Assembly: GCA_039815375.1 (NCBI GenBank)
Contig: JBCBZJ010000003.1
Location: 192,001 to 256,000 of the forward strand
Origin: Verrucomicrobiota bacterium
GTDB taxonomy: Bacteria > Verrucomicrobiota > Verrucomicrobiia > Opitutales > Coraliomargaritaceae
Length of the DNA stretch: 64,000 bases
Reading direction: 5' to 3'
The notes under the pieces are model-generated. The model was not told the DNA's origin and ran no database searches. It saw only the letters and a list, made by a program, of their open reading frames with translations. The position numbers and the translations under genes were made by a program. Positions 1 to 9,165 of this stretch are shown one piece after another; position 1 is the first letter of the stretch; every line of letters starts with the position of its first letter.

Positions 1-93
1 CACCGCCAGAACCAGCCGCCGGGGTAGGCGCGCGGCAAACTTTCCCAGAGTGGGTTTTTTGGTATTTTGAACTCCCTGAGAGAGTGTTGCCAC
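1..93 (-). CDS. N-terminus of a probable hemin ABC transporter permease (HmuU/FecCD family), truncated by the window edge
   Basis: GTG at 93 opens an uninterrupted frame MATLSQGVQNTKKPTLGKFAARLPRRLVLAV directly after the hmuT stop. The identity is inferred from operon order only. Confidence 0.45.
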   Translation of the reverse strand, partial: MATLSQGVQNTKKPTLGKFAARLPRRLVLAV

Positions 94-102
94 CGATTAA
101 AC

Positions 103-999
103 TTAATCTTTTGTTGCTGCCGCCGTTCTGGCGATTAGCTCGTTCCAGCGAACAGCCGCTTCTCCCAGTCTCGGTCCGAATGACAGGTCGTCGAGTGGCA
201 CAGCGTAAACGGCATCGGCCCGAATCGCACCGACGCCCGCGAGGGCAGGGTTTTTGATCATCGCCTGGATCGACTCCGGACTGCCGCCATGACGGTCGGA
301 TTGTCCGATGAGTATAACGTCAGGATTCATTGAGACAAGGCTCTCGGAAGAGACTGGCTTGAAGCCGGAAAATCCACTCGCGGCATTAATCCCACCGGAC
401 AGTGTGATGAGTGCGTCGGCTTTCGAATCTTTTCCACCGCCCATCCCTGAAGTTGCGGGGCCGGGAGGTTCGAGCAGGAAAAGCACTTTAGGTTTTGGTT
501 CGGGCCATTTCGAGGACTTCTTGGCAGTCTCTGCCAGATCCAGGTTGACAAGCTGGATCAACTCCTCGGCCAAGGCCGACTTATCCAGCTCTTCGGCAAC
601 CTTGCGCATTGACAGGTGCAAATCCTCCGGTGACTTGAGATCCGGCAGCCAGATCGTGGCAATGTCGAGCCGTTCCATCATCGTGCGGGCCGTGGGCGGG
701 CCAAGTGCTCCCGTCGCGATGACAAGGTCCGGTTCCATCGAAAGGACACCTTCCGGCGAGATGTTTCGAACGTAGCCGACCATCGGGAGTTCCCGTGCCT
801 CCGGTGGATAAATACTGGAAAGATCGGTTGCGACCACCGAGGCACCTTCTTCGAGGGCAAACACAATCTCGGTAGCGGCCCCTCCGATCGTGACGATGCG
901 CTGATATTCCGCATGAAGTGTCGGGATGCCGGTGCCGAGCAAAATCCAGGAAAGGAAACCGGTGTATTTTTGAAATTTGGTTCTTCTTGGTGTTTTCAT
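103..999 (-). CDS. hmuT: Hemin ABC transporter periplasmic binding protein
   Basis: Signal peptide; RIVTIGGAATEIVFAL; heme-ligand Tyr motif VGYVRNISPEGVLS; C-terminal FGPR. Confidence 0.88.
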   Translation of the reverse strand: MKTPRRTKFQKYTGFLSWILLGTGIPTLHAEYQRIVTIGGAATEIVFALEEGASVVATDLSSIYPPEARELPMVGYVRNISPEGVLSMEPDLVIATGALGPPTARTMMERLDIATIWLPDLKSPEDLHLSMRKVAEELDKSALAEELIQLVNLDLAETAKKSSKWPEPKPKVLFLLEPPGPATSGMGGGKDSKADALITLSGGINAASGFSGFKPVSSESLVSMNPDVILIGQSDRHGGSPESIQAMIKNPALAGVGAIRADAVYAVPLDDLSFGPRLGEAAVRWNELIARTAAATKD

Positions 1000-1051
1000 G
1001 ATGGAAACTGGAGAGGAGCCAGGCAGTTTGGCTCCTGCATTATCTATAGAA

Positions 1052-1087
1052 ACGGCGGTTTAGGCCGATGTCAGGCCAAACCGCCGT
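1052..1087 (-). terminator. Stem-loop downstream of the PEP-CTERM gene (terminator or mRNA-stabilising hairpin)
   Basis: Inverted repeat ACGGCGGTTT(A)GGCC..GGCCAAACCGCCGT. Confidence 0.5.
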
Positions 1088-1111
1088 CGCGATGAAAAGT
1101 ATTTTCTAAGC

Positions 1112-1870
1112 TTACTGCCTACGACGTCTTAGATTCAGAGCAAAGGTCGCCAAGAGGCCGGCAAGCAAGGAGTAGGCGCTCGGTTCAGGCACCACACTTC
1201 CGGTAAAGCTATCGCTCGTGTCGATCTGCATTCCGTAAACTTGGGCGTGTGAACCCGTCTCCCATTCAATGGAGTAGTCGGTGATTGGCGCAAGCAATGA
1301 CAGATCCCACTGGTAGATGAAGTTCGTAGTGGTTCCGGTTTGGGTCGGGTTGACTGGGTTGGTGAACGGGTTTTCTCCTGGAGTATTCCCTGTGAAATCA
1401 GCTGCCAGGCTCTGCGTGCCTGAGTTGTAGGAGAGCGTCGGCACACTATTGTAGAAGGTGTCTCCCGGCCCGAGATCAATTTGGAAAACGATCGTTTCCA
1501 GCCCTGTTACGACAGAGGTGCTGTCGACCGAGAAGACGGCTCCGGTAAATGGCGTATAGACCGATGAACCAGCTGTGTAACCATTTCCGGAGACCTTTCC
1601 GAACTCAGCATTACCATCCGAACCCGCAGTATTTGGCGAGATTGTAGCAGTCCAGGGAACCGCACCGGGGAATCCGCCACCGTAAGGCTGGGGGATCACA
1701 GTGGGAGGGTCTCCGGGAATTGTGGTTGAATTTGGAAAGTTTGCATTGTTGAGGTTTTCCCAGCCCTCAAACTCTATGTTTGTTCCGGTCAAGTTCGCAT
1801 TAATGAAGGCACTGGCCTGCAACGCTCCGAGCAGCAGACCCATGCAAACAGTAGTTTTTAGTGTATTCAT
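1112..1870 (-). CDS. Secreted PEP-CTERM sorting-domain protein
   Basis: Signal peptide; C-terminal VPEPSAYSLLAGLLATFALNLRRRRQ (PEP motif, TM helix, Arg cluster). Confidence 0.9.
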   Translation of the reverse strand: MNTLKTTVCMGLLLGALQASAFINANLTGTNIEFEGWENLNNANFPNSTTIPGDPPTVIPQPYGGGFPGAVPWTATISPNTAGSDGNAEFGKVSGNGYTAGSSVYTPFTGAVFSVDSTSVVTGLETIVFQIDLGPGDTFYNSVPTLSYNSGTQSLAADFTGNTPGENPFTNPVNPTQTGTTTNFIYQWDLSLLAPITDYSIEWETGSHAQVYGMQIDTSDSFTGSVVPEPSAYSLLAGLLATFALNLRRRRQ

Positions 1871-2203
1871 TTTATATTTCGTTTTTGTGTGAAGATGTCG
1901 GTTTGAAAGAGAGACCCTTTCCTTCCAGTCAAAATGGAGAGCATTTTGGATTAGCTGAGATTTTTCACTTGAGAAGGTCCGACAGTCAGCGTCGCCCTAT
2001 CCCATTCAAGAAAATAGCTTACACGATCGGCCCTGACTTATCTGCTCCTCCGGGGAGTATTTTTGCTCTTGAATGTTGCAAAAAGTTGATTATAGGATAC
2101 TTATAATATCGTTTGGTTTAAAAAGTTTTGTTTTGAGCTCAGATCGAAAAGCTTGGAGTGAGGCGTCTTCGTTTTGAATAGCCTGGCAAAACTGCAATCA
2201 CGC

Positions 2204-3553
2204 TTATGGCTGAAGCGTAAGATTCAAACGTAGAAAACCCTCCGTGGTTTCTTCGGTTATTACGCTGGCAATTGCGGTGCCGTCTGCTGCGAATTCAAGC
2301 GAGCCGACGAGGGCGTCCGATGTGAAGTTGAGTGAAGCATCTGCGAATTCTAACTCTGCGACGATGTCGATTGCCTGACGGTTCCAATTGAAGGTATAAG
2401 TCATCGTATCGGGTCCGTCCGGTAAATCGATGTAGCTTAAGGTATGGTTCGCATTTGTATAATCGGAGATCAGGGGCTCTGTTCCGAAGAAATACTCTTC
2501 GAGGTTCGAAAGACCATCCTGGTCGATGTCTGCGGTAGTTAAGGCATCGTTTCCGCTTAACCCTCTCTCCGTCATGTAATCTCCATAGGTTGAAGGGTCC
2601 AAGACGGTTAAGGTTGTAGTGAATAATTCGGAGTCCAGTTGATTCGAGGCAATGAACGCGACTTCTACATCGCCCGGCGTGTCGGAGGTTCCCTGCTCGA
2701 CGGTTCCGGTGATCAAGCCGGTCAGGTTGTTGAGAGAAAGGCCGACTGGCAGACCTCCTTGCAGGAAGGACGTAGGCTCTCCGGTTGCCTCGATCTGCAG
2801 CTCGAAGGGAATTCCCAGATAGACGAGATAGTTCTCATCATTCTGAATCACAGGCTGCGGGGGTGCTACACTGTTGAAGATGTCGGAAGCATCAATCCGG
2901 GCCTCGGCCAGACTGGAGCTGGAGCTCGAAGCGTTGAACGCAATCCGAAAATCGCTGCTCACGCCCCCGGAAACTCCGGAAAGGTCCCATTGCGCCAGAT
3001 AGCTTACCGACGCACCTCCAAATGAGCCGCCGGCATCGCCTGATTCTGTGATAAACCCGACCGAGGGTGCTACGGTTACCGAGAAATCCAGACCGTAGCT
3101 TAGCGTAATGCTCCCATAATCGATTTCAGTGCCCAGAGTGACGAACTGAAAGACGAGGTTCTCCATGTTGCCGTCGTAGCGGGCTTCGATCTCGAAGCTG
3201 GTTGATCGGGTGAAGCTGTAGATATTCTGCGAGCTGGTAATGAATGCACCGAAGCCGCCGACCTCGTTAAGTAGTGGCGCCGAAACAAAACTTCCAGCCG
3301 ACGAATCGAATTCGGGCGGAACATCCTGAGAACCACTCCAACCTTGATCGGGCACAATATCCGAAGGCGGGGGGACCGTAATGCCCTGAGCGACCCCGAA
3401 AACATCCCAGTGTGCCTCCGCCGCTTCGCCGGAGAGACCAGGGTCCTCTAGAAGCAGCTGTCCGTGAGAACAGGATAAGCTCAATAACACGCCGAGCGCA
3501 CAAATGCGGATACGGTTTGAGGGCATGCAAGACGAATACTGTCGAAAAATCAT
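2204..3553 (-). CDS. Secreted protein: N-terminal domain paralogous to the 1112-1870 product, putative Ig (He_PIG-like) domain, DxDxDGLSNLEEY motif
   Basis: Hydrophobic N-terminus; GLPVGLSLNNLTGLITGT (He_PIG-like); DIDQDGLSNLEEYFFGTEP; ends in FLRL. The start may be the Met at 3526. Confidence 0.75.
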   Translation of the reverse strand: MIFRQYSSCMPSNRIRICALGVLLSLSCSHGQLLLEDPGLSGEAAEAHWDVFGVAQGITVPPPSDIVPDQGWSGSQDVPPEFDSSAGSFVSAPLLNEVGGFGAFITSSQNIYSFTRSTSFEIEARYDGNMENLVFQFVTLGTEIDYGSITLSYGLDFSVTVAPSVGFITESGDAGGSFGGASVSYLAQWDLSGVSGGVSSDFRIAFNASSSSSSLAEARIDASDIFNSVAPPQPVIQNDENYLVYLGIPFELQIEATGEPTSFLQGGLPVGLSLNNLTGLITGTVEQGTSDTPGDVEVAFIASNQLDSELFTTTLTVLDPSTYGDYMTERGLSGNDALTTADIDQDGLSNLEEYFFGTEPLISDYTNANHTLSYIDLPDGPDTMTYTFNWNRQAIDIVAELEFADASLNFTSDALVGSLEFAADGTAIASVITEETTEGFLRLNLTLQP

Positions 3554-3595
3554 GTCTGCTTGGATTGAAAACGCTTTCTTTTTCGGTCTATATGC

Positions 3596-3614
3596 ATATG
3601 AGACTCAATCGCGT
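3596..3614. promoter_or_regulatory. Fur-like iron box in the divergent promoter of the heme receptor
   Basis: ATATGAGACTCAATCGCGT, related to the boxes at 8194, 8238, 21001 and 21053. Confidence 0.55.
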
Positions 3615-3623
3615 AAAAAGCAA

Positions 3624-6035
3624 ATGATTATAAAAAAATGCGCAACGCTTGCTTTGTTTGTTGGTTTCTTCGCCTTCGGTTCTCTGGCTGAGACAGAAGA
3701 GAATGCAATGGCTCTCGGTCTGGTCCATTTGCCAACCACTGTCTTGGTCGGAACTCGAACCGAGTTGGAACCAATCGACGTTGCCGGCAATGTTGTCAGC
3801 TACTCCGGCGATGATTTGCTTTTTTCGGGAGCGACTGGTTTTGACGATTTCATTGAAGTTGAGCCGCTGGTTTCTGCCATACTTGATTTCTCTGCGGCAG
3901 ATCCGACTGTCCCCTATAATTCTGGAGGCTCCGGTTCCTACACGATACGAGGAGTCGGCGGGAACCGTGTCTCAATCTTTATCGACGGAGTTCGCCAACC
4001 ACTTGAGGTAGATTTTCAGGTCGGTGGAATTGCAATCAACAGCACGGGCCGCGATTACTTTGATCCTGCAATCTTCGAGACGGTGGAGATTTTCAAAGGA
4101 ACGGCCTCGAGTCTCTATGGCAGCGATGCGCTGGCCGGAGTCGTCGCGTTTACCACACCTTCGCCCTCAGACTTTGTGGAGGTCGATTCGGGCGAAAGCT
4201 TTTTCGGTTATCGCTTTCAATACAGCAGCGCATCCGAGAACTTCTCGAATGTGGTAACCGGAGCGTTCAATCAGGGGCCACTGAGCGTCATGGTCATCTA
4301 TGCGCGTCGGGATTTCGAAGAGAGGGAAAATTCAGCTGATTTTGTAGATGATTATTTGCCCGAGCCGAACCCTGTCGATGGAGAGAGTGACAGTATTTTG
4401 GCAAGAGCTGAATATTATATAGATGACGACCAGTCCTTTGAGTTTACGGTCGAAGGCTTTTTCAGAGAGACAGAAATCGACGTCAACAGTGTCGAACGCA
4501 CTTCGGTATCGACGGGCTCGTTCGATCTTTCTGATTCAGTAAGTCGAACCGGTACATTCACATCGGAAATCAGTGACGCTTTGGGCTTGAACGAGCGTGA
4601 GAGGTTAAGAGTGAGTGCTGGCTATACCTACGAGGGAAACGCCGGGCTGTTCGATAAAATCCAAGCGTTGCTTTACCATCAGGCTGCACTATCGGAAGAC
4701 TTTTACACGGAGAGTCTGAGCGGTCGATTTGTTGGTGACACTGCGATTCCTCAGATCCTCGCAGTGGATTCTGTCGGCAATATCGACACCTCCTATGAAG
4801 AAAATACGACCGGAATTGGCCTCACATTTGAAGATACACTCGATTTTACCCACGGGTCCCACCGTGTTCTTTTCGGCTTTGACGGAACTTATGGAAACTC
4901 AGAGATTCCCTTCGACACGTTTGGCAGTTCGGTTGTTACAGAATCGCAGAACTTCAATACCGGGGATCCTGAGTTCGTTTTGGGATTCGTTAATACTTCA
5001 AGTGAAAGCCGCCCGCGCCTGCCTGAGACAGAGACTTTGAGGTTAGGCACTTTTTTACAGGATGAGTTCACGTTTGGCGACGCATCGGAATGGACCCTAA
5101 TCGGAGGTATACGTTTTGACTACTACAGTCTGGAATCTGAAGACGACGAAGATTTTCGAGCATTCGTCGGCACAGACGCCCCCGACTACGATGACTTTTC
5201 GATCAGTCCAAGCCTTGCGTTGTTGCGCCGAATTGATGACGAGACGAGTGTCTTTGCTTCCTACCGGCAGGGATTCCGGAACCCGACACCGGTTGAAATA
5301 TCAGGTGGCTTTGTCCATCCTCCAGGAGCTGATTTTCGCACCGCGCCAAACCCTGAGCTCGAAGCCGAGATAAGTTATGCCTTTGAGCTTGGATTGAAGC
5401 ACTACTCCGACAACTTCCGATTTAGCGCCAGCGTATTCTATACCTTCTACAAAGACTTCATCAATTTCCCCACCCCAACGGATGACTTTGTGATGGAGGG
5501 CAGCCGCAACTTCCGTCTCTATCGCCCACAGAATGTAGATTCCGTCGATGTCTATGGGTATGAGGTCTTTGCAGAAGCTTCTCTGGGTCTGCTTGATGAG
5601 GACTTTGAGCGATGGTTTATGGGCACTTCGTTTGGTCGAGCTTTTGGAGAAATGTCGGATGAAAATGAAGGAGTGGAAATGGAGCAACCTCTTGTTACGG
5701 TGGACCCCTTTCAATGGGTCCAATATGTCGAGTATCGAGGTGATAGAGTTCGAGCAAAGCTTATCGGAACTTTCGTCGACGACAAAACCCAACTCGGCGA
5801 TCCAAGCCTAATACCTACCGAGAGTTACTACACGGTCGATCTGCGGTTCTCTTTTCGGCTGACTGAAGGGATTGTTTTAGGTTTCGGAGTCAACAACCTG
5901 ACGGACCAAAAATATACCGAGTGGCAGAGCGTGCAGAATAATATTCACGGAACGAGACAGGATCAGCTCGAGCTTTTCCAAAGGGCAACAGAGCCAGGCA
6001 GCAATTTCTTTATGAATTGCACCTTTATCTTCTAA
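3624..6035 (+). CDS. TonB-dependent heme/hemoglobin receptor
   Basis: Signal peptide from ATG 3624; plug motifs YTIRG, IDGV, VEIFKGTASSLYGSDALAGVV; FRNP...H...NPEL (FRAP/NPNL) heme-receptor motifs; terminal Phe. Confidence 0.88.
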   Translation: MIIKKCATLALFVGFFAFGSLAETEENAMALGLVHLPTTVLVGTRTELEPIDVAGNVVSYSGDDLLFSGATGFDDFIEVEPLVSAILDFSAADPTVPYNSGGSGSYTIRGVGGNRVSIFIDGVRQPLEVDFQVGGIAINSTGRDYFDPAIFETVEIFKGTASSLYGSDALAGVVAFTTPSPSDFVEVDSGESFFGYRFQYSSASENFSNVVTGAFNQGPLSVMVIYARRDFEERENSADFVDDYLPEPNPVDGESDSILARAEYYIDDDQSFEFTVEGFFRETEIDVNSVERTSVSTGSFDLSDSVSRTGTFTSEISDALGLNERERLRVSAGYTYEGNAGLFDKIQALLYHQAALSEDFYTESLSGRFVGDTAIPQILAVDSVGNIDTSYEENTTGIGLTFEDTLDFTHGSHRVLFGFDGTYGNSEIPFDTFGSSVVTESQNFNTGDPEFVLGFVNTSSESRPRLPETETLRLGTFLQDEFTFGDASEWTLIGGIRFDYYSLESEDDEDFRAFVGTDAPDYDDFSISPSLALLRRIDDETSVFASYRQGFRNPTPVEISGGFVHPPGADFRTAPNPELEAEISYAFELGLKHYSDNFRFSASVFYTFYKDFINFPTPTDDFVMEGSRNFRLYRPQNVDSVDVYGYEVFAEASLGLLDEDFERWFMGTSFGRAFGEMSDENEGVEMEQPLVTVDPFQWVQYVEYRGDRVRAKLIGTFVDDKTQLGDPSLIPTESYYTVDLRFSFRLTEGIVLGFGVNNLTDQKYTEWQSVQNNIHGTRQDQLELFQRATEPGSNFFMNCTFIF

Positions 6036-6215
6036 GAGTTTTTATTGTTAGTTTTTATTGTTAGTTCATAAAAACGTTACTCTAATTCCCGCGCGTCGCG
6101 AAATCAAAATCAGCGAAGCGGAAATCTACATCCAAATCGATTGCTGTCTCGACTGGGATTTTGTCCGCTTTGCCTTTGAGATGAACCATAATCAAATTTA
6201 TTGAACGTCTTCTAA
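6032..6215 (-). mobile_element. MITE-like dispersed repeat, copy 1
   Basis: Aligns with 6895-7061, 34994-35091 and 49274-49478; the CTAAGAG end overlaps the TAA stop of the heme receptor. Confidence 0.6.
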
Positions 6216-6596
6216 ATCGGATCTGTATTTTCTTGGTCTGCCAACAAGAACGCCCGATCAGGTTTCCCCGACCGGGCGTTACGACTAATGGACGAACGAA
6301 TTGATGCCAGGCGTGGAATGAAGCGGGTAGTATGCTCCGAAGACCTATTGCCTGACTGCAGCTTAAAGATAACAAATCGCTCCGAATATAATCCACCCAT
6401 TCCGGGAGAAAAAATATCCTTTATTCTAAAAAACGTTAGTTATGCATGGGAGCAATGCCGATTTCTGCTTGTTTTGAGGCGAGGCGAATCCAGGAGGTAT
6501 TGCCGAAGCAAAGCGCTTTGTTCTCAAGCGGCTCGGAAACGAACCAGCACGAGTCCGAAGGGCCGTTATGGTCACCGTCCTTGTTCCTCGGAGCGT

Positions 6597-6701
6597 ATCT
6601 AACGCTGAGGACAGGCAACCCGCCAGTAGGGATTGGAGTCCTAGTGATTTTTAGATTTTTACAGGCGGGTTATCGAGTTGTCCTGCTCTGCCTGGTTCAG
6701 G
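6597..6701 (-). repeat. Solitary integron attC-like recombination site
   Basis: Minus strand: CCTGAAC-CAGGC-AGAGCAGG-ACAAC...AACCCGCC..GGCGGGTTG-CCTGTCC-TCAGC-GTTAGAT. This gives the R''/L''/L'/R' layout with extrahelical bases. Confidence 0.55.
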
Positions 6702-6894
6702 ATTCAATCCTGCAGGTGGTTTAGGTTCGGGCAAGCCTCTCATGATCTTCTTTCCAGCATGGCTGGAGACCGCTTATCTTCGCTCATCCACGCTTATGTT
6801 TTTTTCTTCAGTTTCCGTCAGAGTGGATTCGCGTCAATTCGCGGTCATTAGCGGTTAAAAAATGCGTCTGAGTGGTTTCCTTTCATTCCTTCCC

Positions 6895-7061
6895 TGAACA
6901 AATTGATAAAAGCGTTTCTTTACTTCTCGTATGTTGAAAAATCGAAATCAGCGAAGCGGAAATCGAACTCCAAATCGATTACGACCTCGATTTGGAGTTC
7001 GATGTCGTTCACTTTACCTCGGAGGGTAACCATAATTAGATTTCATTGAACGCCCTCTTAG
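6895..7061 (-). mobile_element. MITE-like dispersed repeat, copy 2
   Basis: Internal palindrome ATCGAACTCCAAATCGA..TCGATTTGGAGTTCGAT; end CTAAGAGGGCGTTCAAT. Confidence 0.6.
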
Positions 7062-7076
7062 AATGCGTGGCGTGCC

Positions 7077-8048
7077 CTAATCCCGGTGTAAACACTGGTA
7101 GGCCTTCGGGAGGAGGCTGTGATGTTCTTTAAAAGCACGGGCAAAATGGCTGGCATTGGAATAGCCTACCTCGTTTGCCACTTCGATAACGGAAAGCCGA
7201 TCTTCACGCAGTAGTTGTGCCGCGTGGTCCATCCGGACCTCTCTGAGATAGGTGAAGGGCGTTTTCCCATGAATATGTTTGAAAGCCAGTTTGAGCTTGT
7301 GCTCGTTAACCCGTCCAATTTCTGCGAGCTCGCCAAGCGAGTATTCGTGGCCGGGCGCTGTCTCGATCGCTCTTATGATTTCCTCGATTGCATCGCGGTC
7401 ACGAGAGTTAATGCCGCTATTGGTATTTTCTGGACCTCTTGTGGATTGGTTTAGAATTTCCGCAACCCATGCGAGTATCCTTGACTCGAGTTGCAAGCGA
7501 TGGCCGATGCCGCTGGGAGTAGACTTCGTAAGCTCAGAAACAGCCAACAGGGAAGCTTTGCTCATCGAGTCGCTACGAAAGGGAATCGCACTCGCTTCCT
7601 CTGCGTATCCCGACAGGATCGGGTGTTGTTGCTTCGGGTCGAGTTGAAGGAGGTATCGAGTCACGTTGCGAGAGCAAAGAACGATACCGATTTGCACGCC
7701 TTTCGGGCTGGTTTGTTCAATCATCAGCTTCTCGCCGGAAAAACAAAACCACTGGCCGGGCTCAAGCTTTTCGATCTGGTCCTTCTCAATTCGTATTCGA
7801 CTCCAGCTTTTGTGCACAAAACCAAGAGCGAGCGCATCACTTTTCCAATGTAGCTGCCATGGTGAAGGGCCGATATGCTTGATGCCGAGAGCAATATAAT
7901 CGAGGCCCGTCTTGATCGGAGTTTTTGTGAGCTGGAGTTGATGATGCTCCTCGTTGGTCTGGTAGGTTTCGGCTGGATGGAACGGGCATGCGAGAGCCGT
8001 AGCCTGAGGGCTATTGTCAATCGTTATGCCTGTTAGGGAAGGGCCCAT
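7077..8048 (-). CDS. AraC-family transcriptional regulator (PchR-like)
   Basis: C-terminal double HTH: YSLGELAEIGRVNEHKLKLAFK...EVANEVGYSNASHFARAFK. Confidence 0.9.
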   Translation of the reverse strand: MGPSLTGITIDNSPQATALACPFHPAETYQTNEEHHQLQLTKTPIKTGLDYIALGIKHIGPSPWQLHWKSDALALGFVHKSWSRIRIEKDQIEKLEPGQWFCFSGEKLMIEQTSPKGVQIGIVLCSRNVTRYLLQLDPKQQHPILSGYAEEASAIPFRSDSMSKASLLAVSELTKSTPSGIGHRLQLESRILAWVAEILNQSTRGPENTNSGINSRDRDAIEEIIRAIETAPGHEYSLGELAEIGRVNEHKLKLAFKHIHGKTPFTYLREVRMDHAAQLLREDRLSVIEVANEVGYSNASHFARAFKEHHSLLPKAYQCLHRD

Positions 8049-8122
8049 GGAAATCTCGCTTTTTTGCTGTTTTAATACCTATGGGACTACAGTCGTTAAG
8101 ACGAGCTGTCGTTCTGATTCTG

Positions 8123-8160
8123 AAAAAAGGCCGGTGCCTGCATTGCTGCAAACACCGGCC
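8123..8160 (-). terminator. Intrinsic terminator
   Basis: Minus strand GGCCGGTGTTTGCAGCAATGCAGGCACCGGCC followed by TTTTTT. Confidence 0.75.
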
Positions 8161-8197
8161 ATAGGACGAACGAAAAGTCAGGTTTCGTATGAAAACT
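8123..8197 (-). ncRNA. Candidate iron-repressed small RNA (or attenuated leader of the AraC gene)
   Basis: TTGACA-16nt-GAGACT promoter overlapped by a Fur-like palindrome; about 70 nt with no ORF, then a strong terminator. Confidence 0.4.
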
Positions 8198-8257
8198 AGA
8201 CTCAGTCTCAATACAAAACAGAGACTGTCAATGCTTTTTCGAGAATGAATCTCATTT
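8194..8257 (-). promoter_or_regulatory. sigma70-type promoter with two Fur-like boxes
   Basis: TTGACA at 8231-8226; palindrome TATTGAGACTGAGTCTAGTT at 8194-8213; second box GAGAATGAATCTCA at 8241-8254. Confidence 0.6.
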
Positions 8258-8404
8258 TCATGAAATTATTTCTGCATCCTTTATTTGAGGGGAAATTCTG
8301 CCTATTTTTCTGCAAAAGGTAGCATTCGGCTTGTCTCTTCGGGTCTTTACCAGGCGTCGCGAAATCTCCCAATCATTTAGCCGAAACGATGTTGAGGATT
8401 TGTA

Positions 8405-8485
8405 TTTGCGCTCGGTTGCGCATGTCGATGGTGCAAAAAAAGGCCGGCATTTGCAAAACTGCAAACACCGGCCTTGAGAGATTAG
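8405..8485 (+). repeat. 81-bp direct repeat, left boundary of the RHS island (contains a minus-strand terminator)
   Basis: Matches 18724-18804 with 2 mismatches. Confidence 0.9.
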
Positions 8486-8725
8486 CTACTTCCCAAAATA
8501 CCTCATGAAGAGCCTGCAAGACCACTGCCATCACCATCAAGAAGCCATCTACCTCAAACTCAAACACGCCAGCTACACCATCGGCCAACTCGCCACACAG
8601 ATCGAATACAGCACACACAAACTATGGCAGCAGCCCACAAGTTACTGTGCCAAAATCAGAGTAAGCGAAAAACAAACACCAAACAAATGACACTCGGACT
8701 ATAGCATCCGAACATCCCCAAAAGC

Positions 8726-8756
8726 AACGGGGCACCAACAGATAGGGTGCCCCGTT
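8726..8756. repeat. REP-like GC-rich hairpin
   Basis: AACGGGGCACC-N9-GGTGCCCCGTT. Confidence 0.5.
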
Positions 8757-8946
8757 CATCCCCGCGTAGCGGGACTGTGAAGCATAAACTCAACTTCAGA
8801 TATGATCACTCAGAGCACAATTACTCTCAGAAAACTGAGATTCCCGAAAAAATCCTATGATCGCTAATCGAACAAAATGGTCGGCCTTAAAGCGGTCGGT
8901 AACACCTAGGCATTTCGGCGACGCGGCCTAGAACTGAGACGATGGA

Positions 8947-9165
8947 GCCTGGGACACGCGCCCACGTGCTGAGCCCCGACTAACTTGTCGCGACTGGCAC
9001 AACACCCTCTTATGTCTAACTTTTCGAGACGGCCTTGTTTGAGTGAGCTTAGCGAACGAGGGCCGTCGCTCCGAAGGACGAAAAATTAGGCATAAGATGA
9101 GGTTGTGCTCACCAAGCGGCCCCTTTCCACGGGCGGGGCTCAGTGCGGGGGCGTGGGTCCGGGGC
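8947..9165 (+). other. Long-range stem structured element (candidate ncRNA or ssDNA structure)
   Basis: 8947-8978 pairs with 9134-9165 over 32 positions with 4 G-U pairs and 3 mismatches; internal hairpin at about 9030-9065. Confidence 0.45.

Noticed and set aside
1871..2203. Cobalamin or other riboswitch before the PEP-CTERM/hmu genes
   Set aside because: No B12-box or other aptamer consensus recognised
3504..3623. N-terminal extension of the heme receptor ORF (likewise the track starts at 21861, 33032, 33924, 36952, 40360, 40395, 43371, 58958, 59899)
   Set aside because: These extensions overlap neighbouring genes or promoters; downstream starts give proper signal peptides or family N-termini
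6038..6063. 13-bp tandem duplication GTTTTTATTGTTA x2
   Set aside because: Only two units; looks like local slippage inside a MITE end
6082..7033. Small acidic peptides in the MITE copies (MVHLKGK..., MVTLRGK..., and MVTLQGK... at 49302)
   Set aside because: The D/I/E/F pattern follows from the ATCGA palindrome. The 49 kb copy is frameshifted by a 26-nt insertion and the 35 kb copy lacks the region, so coding is not supported.
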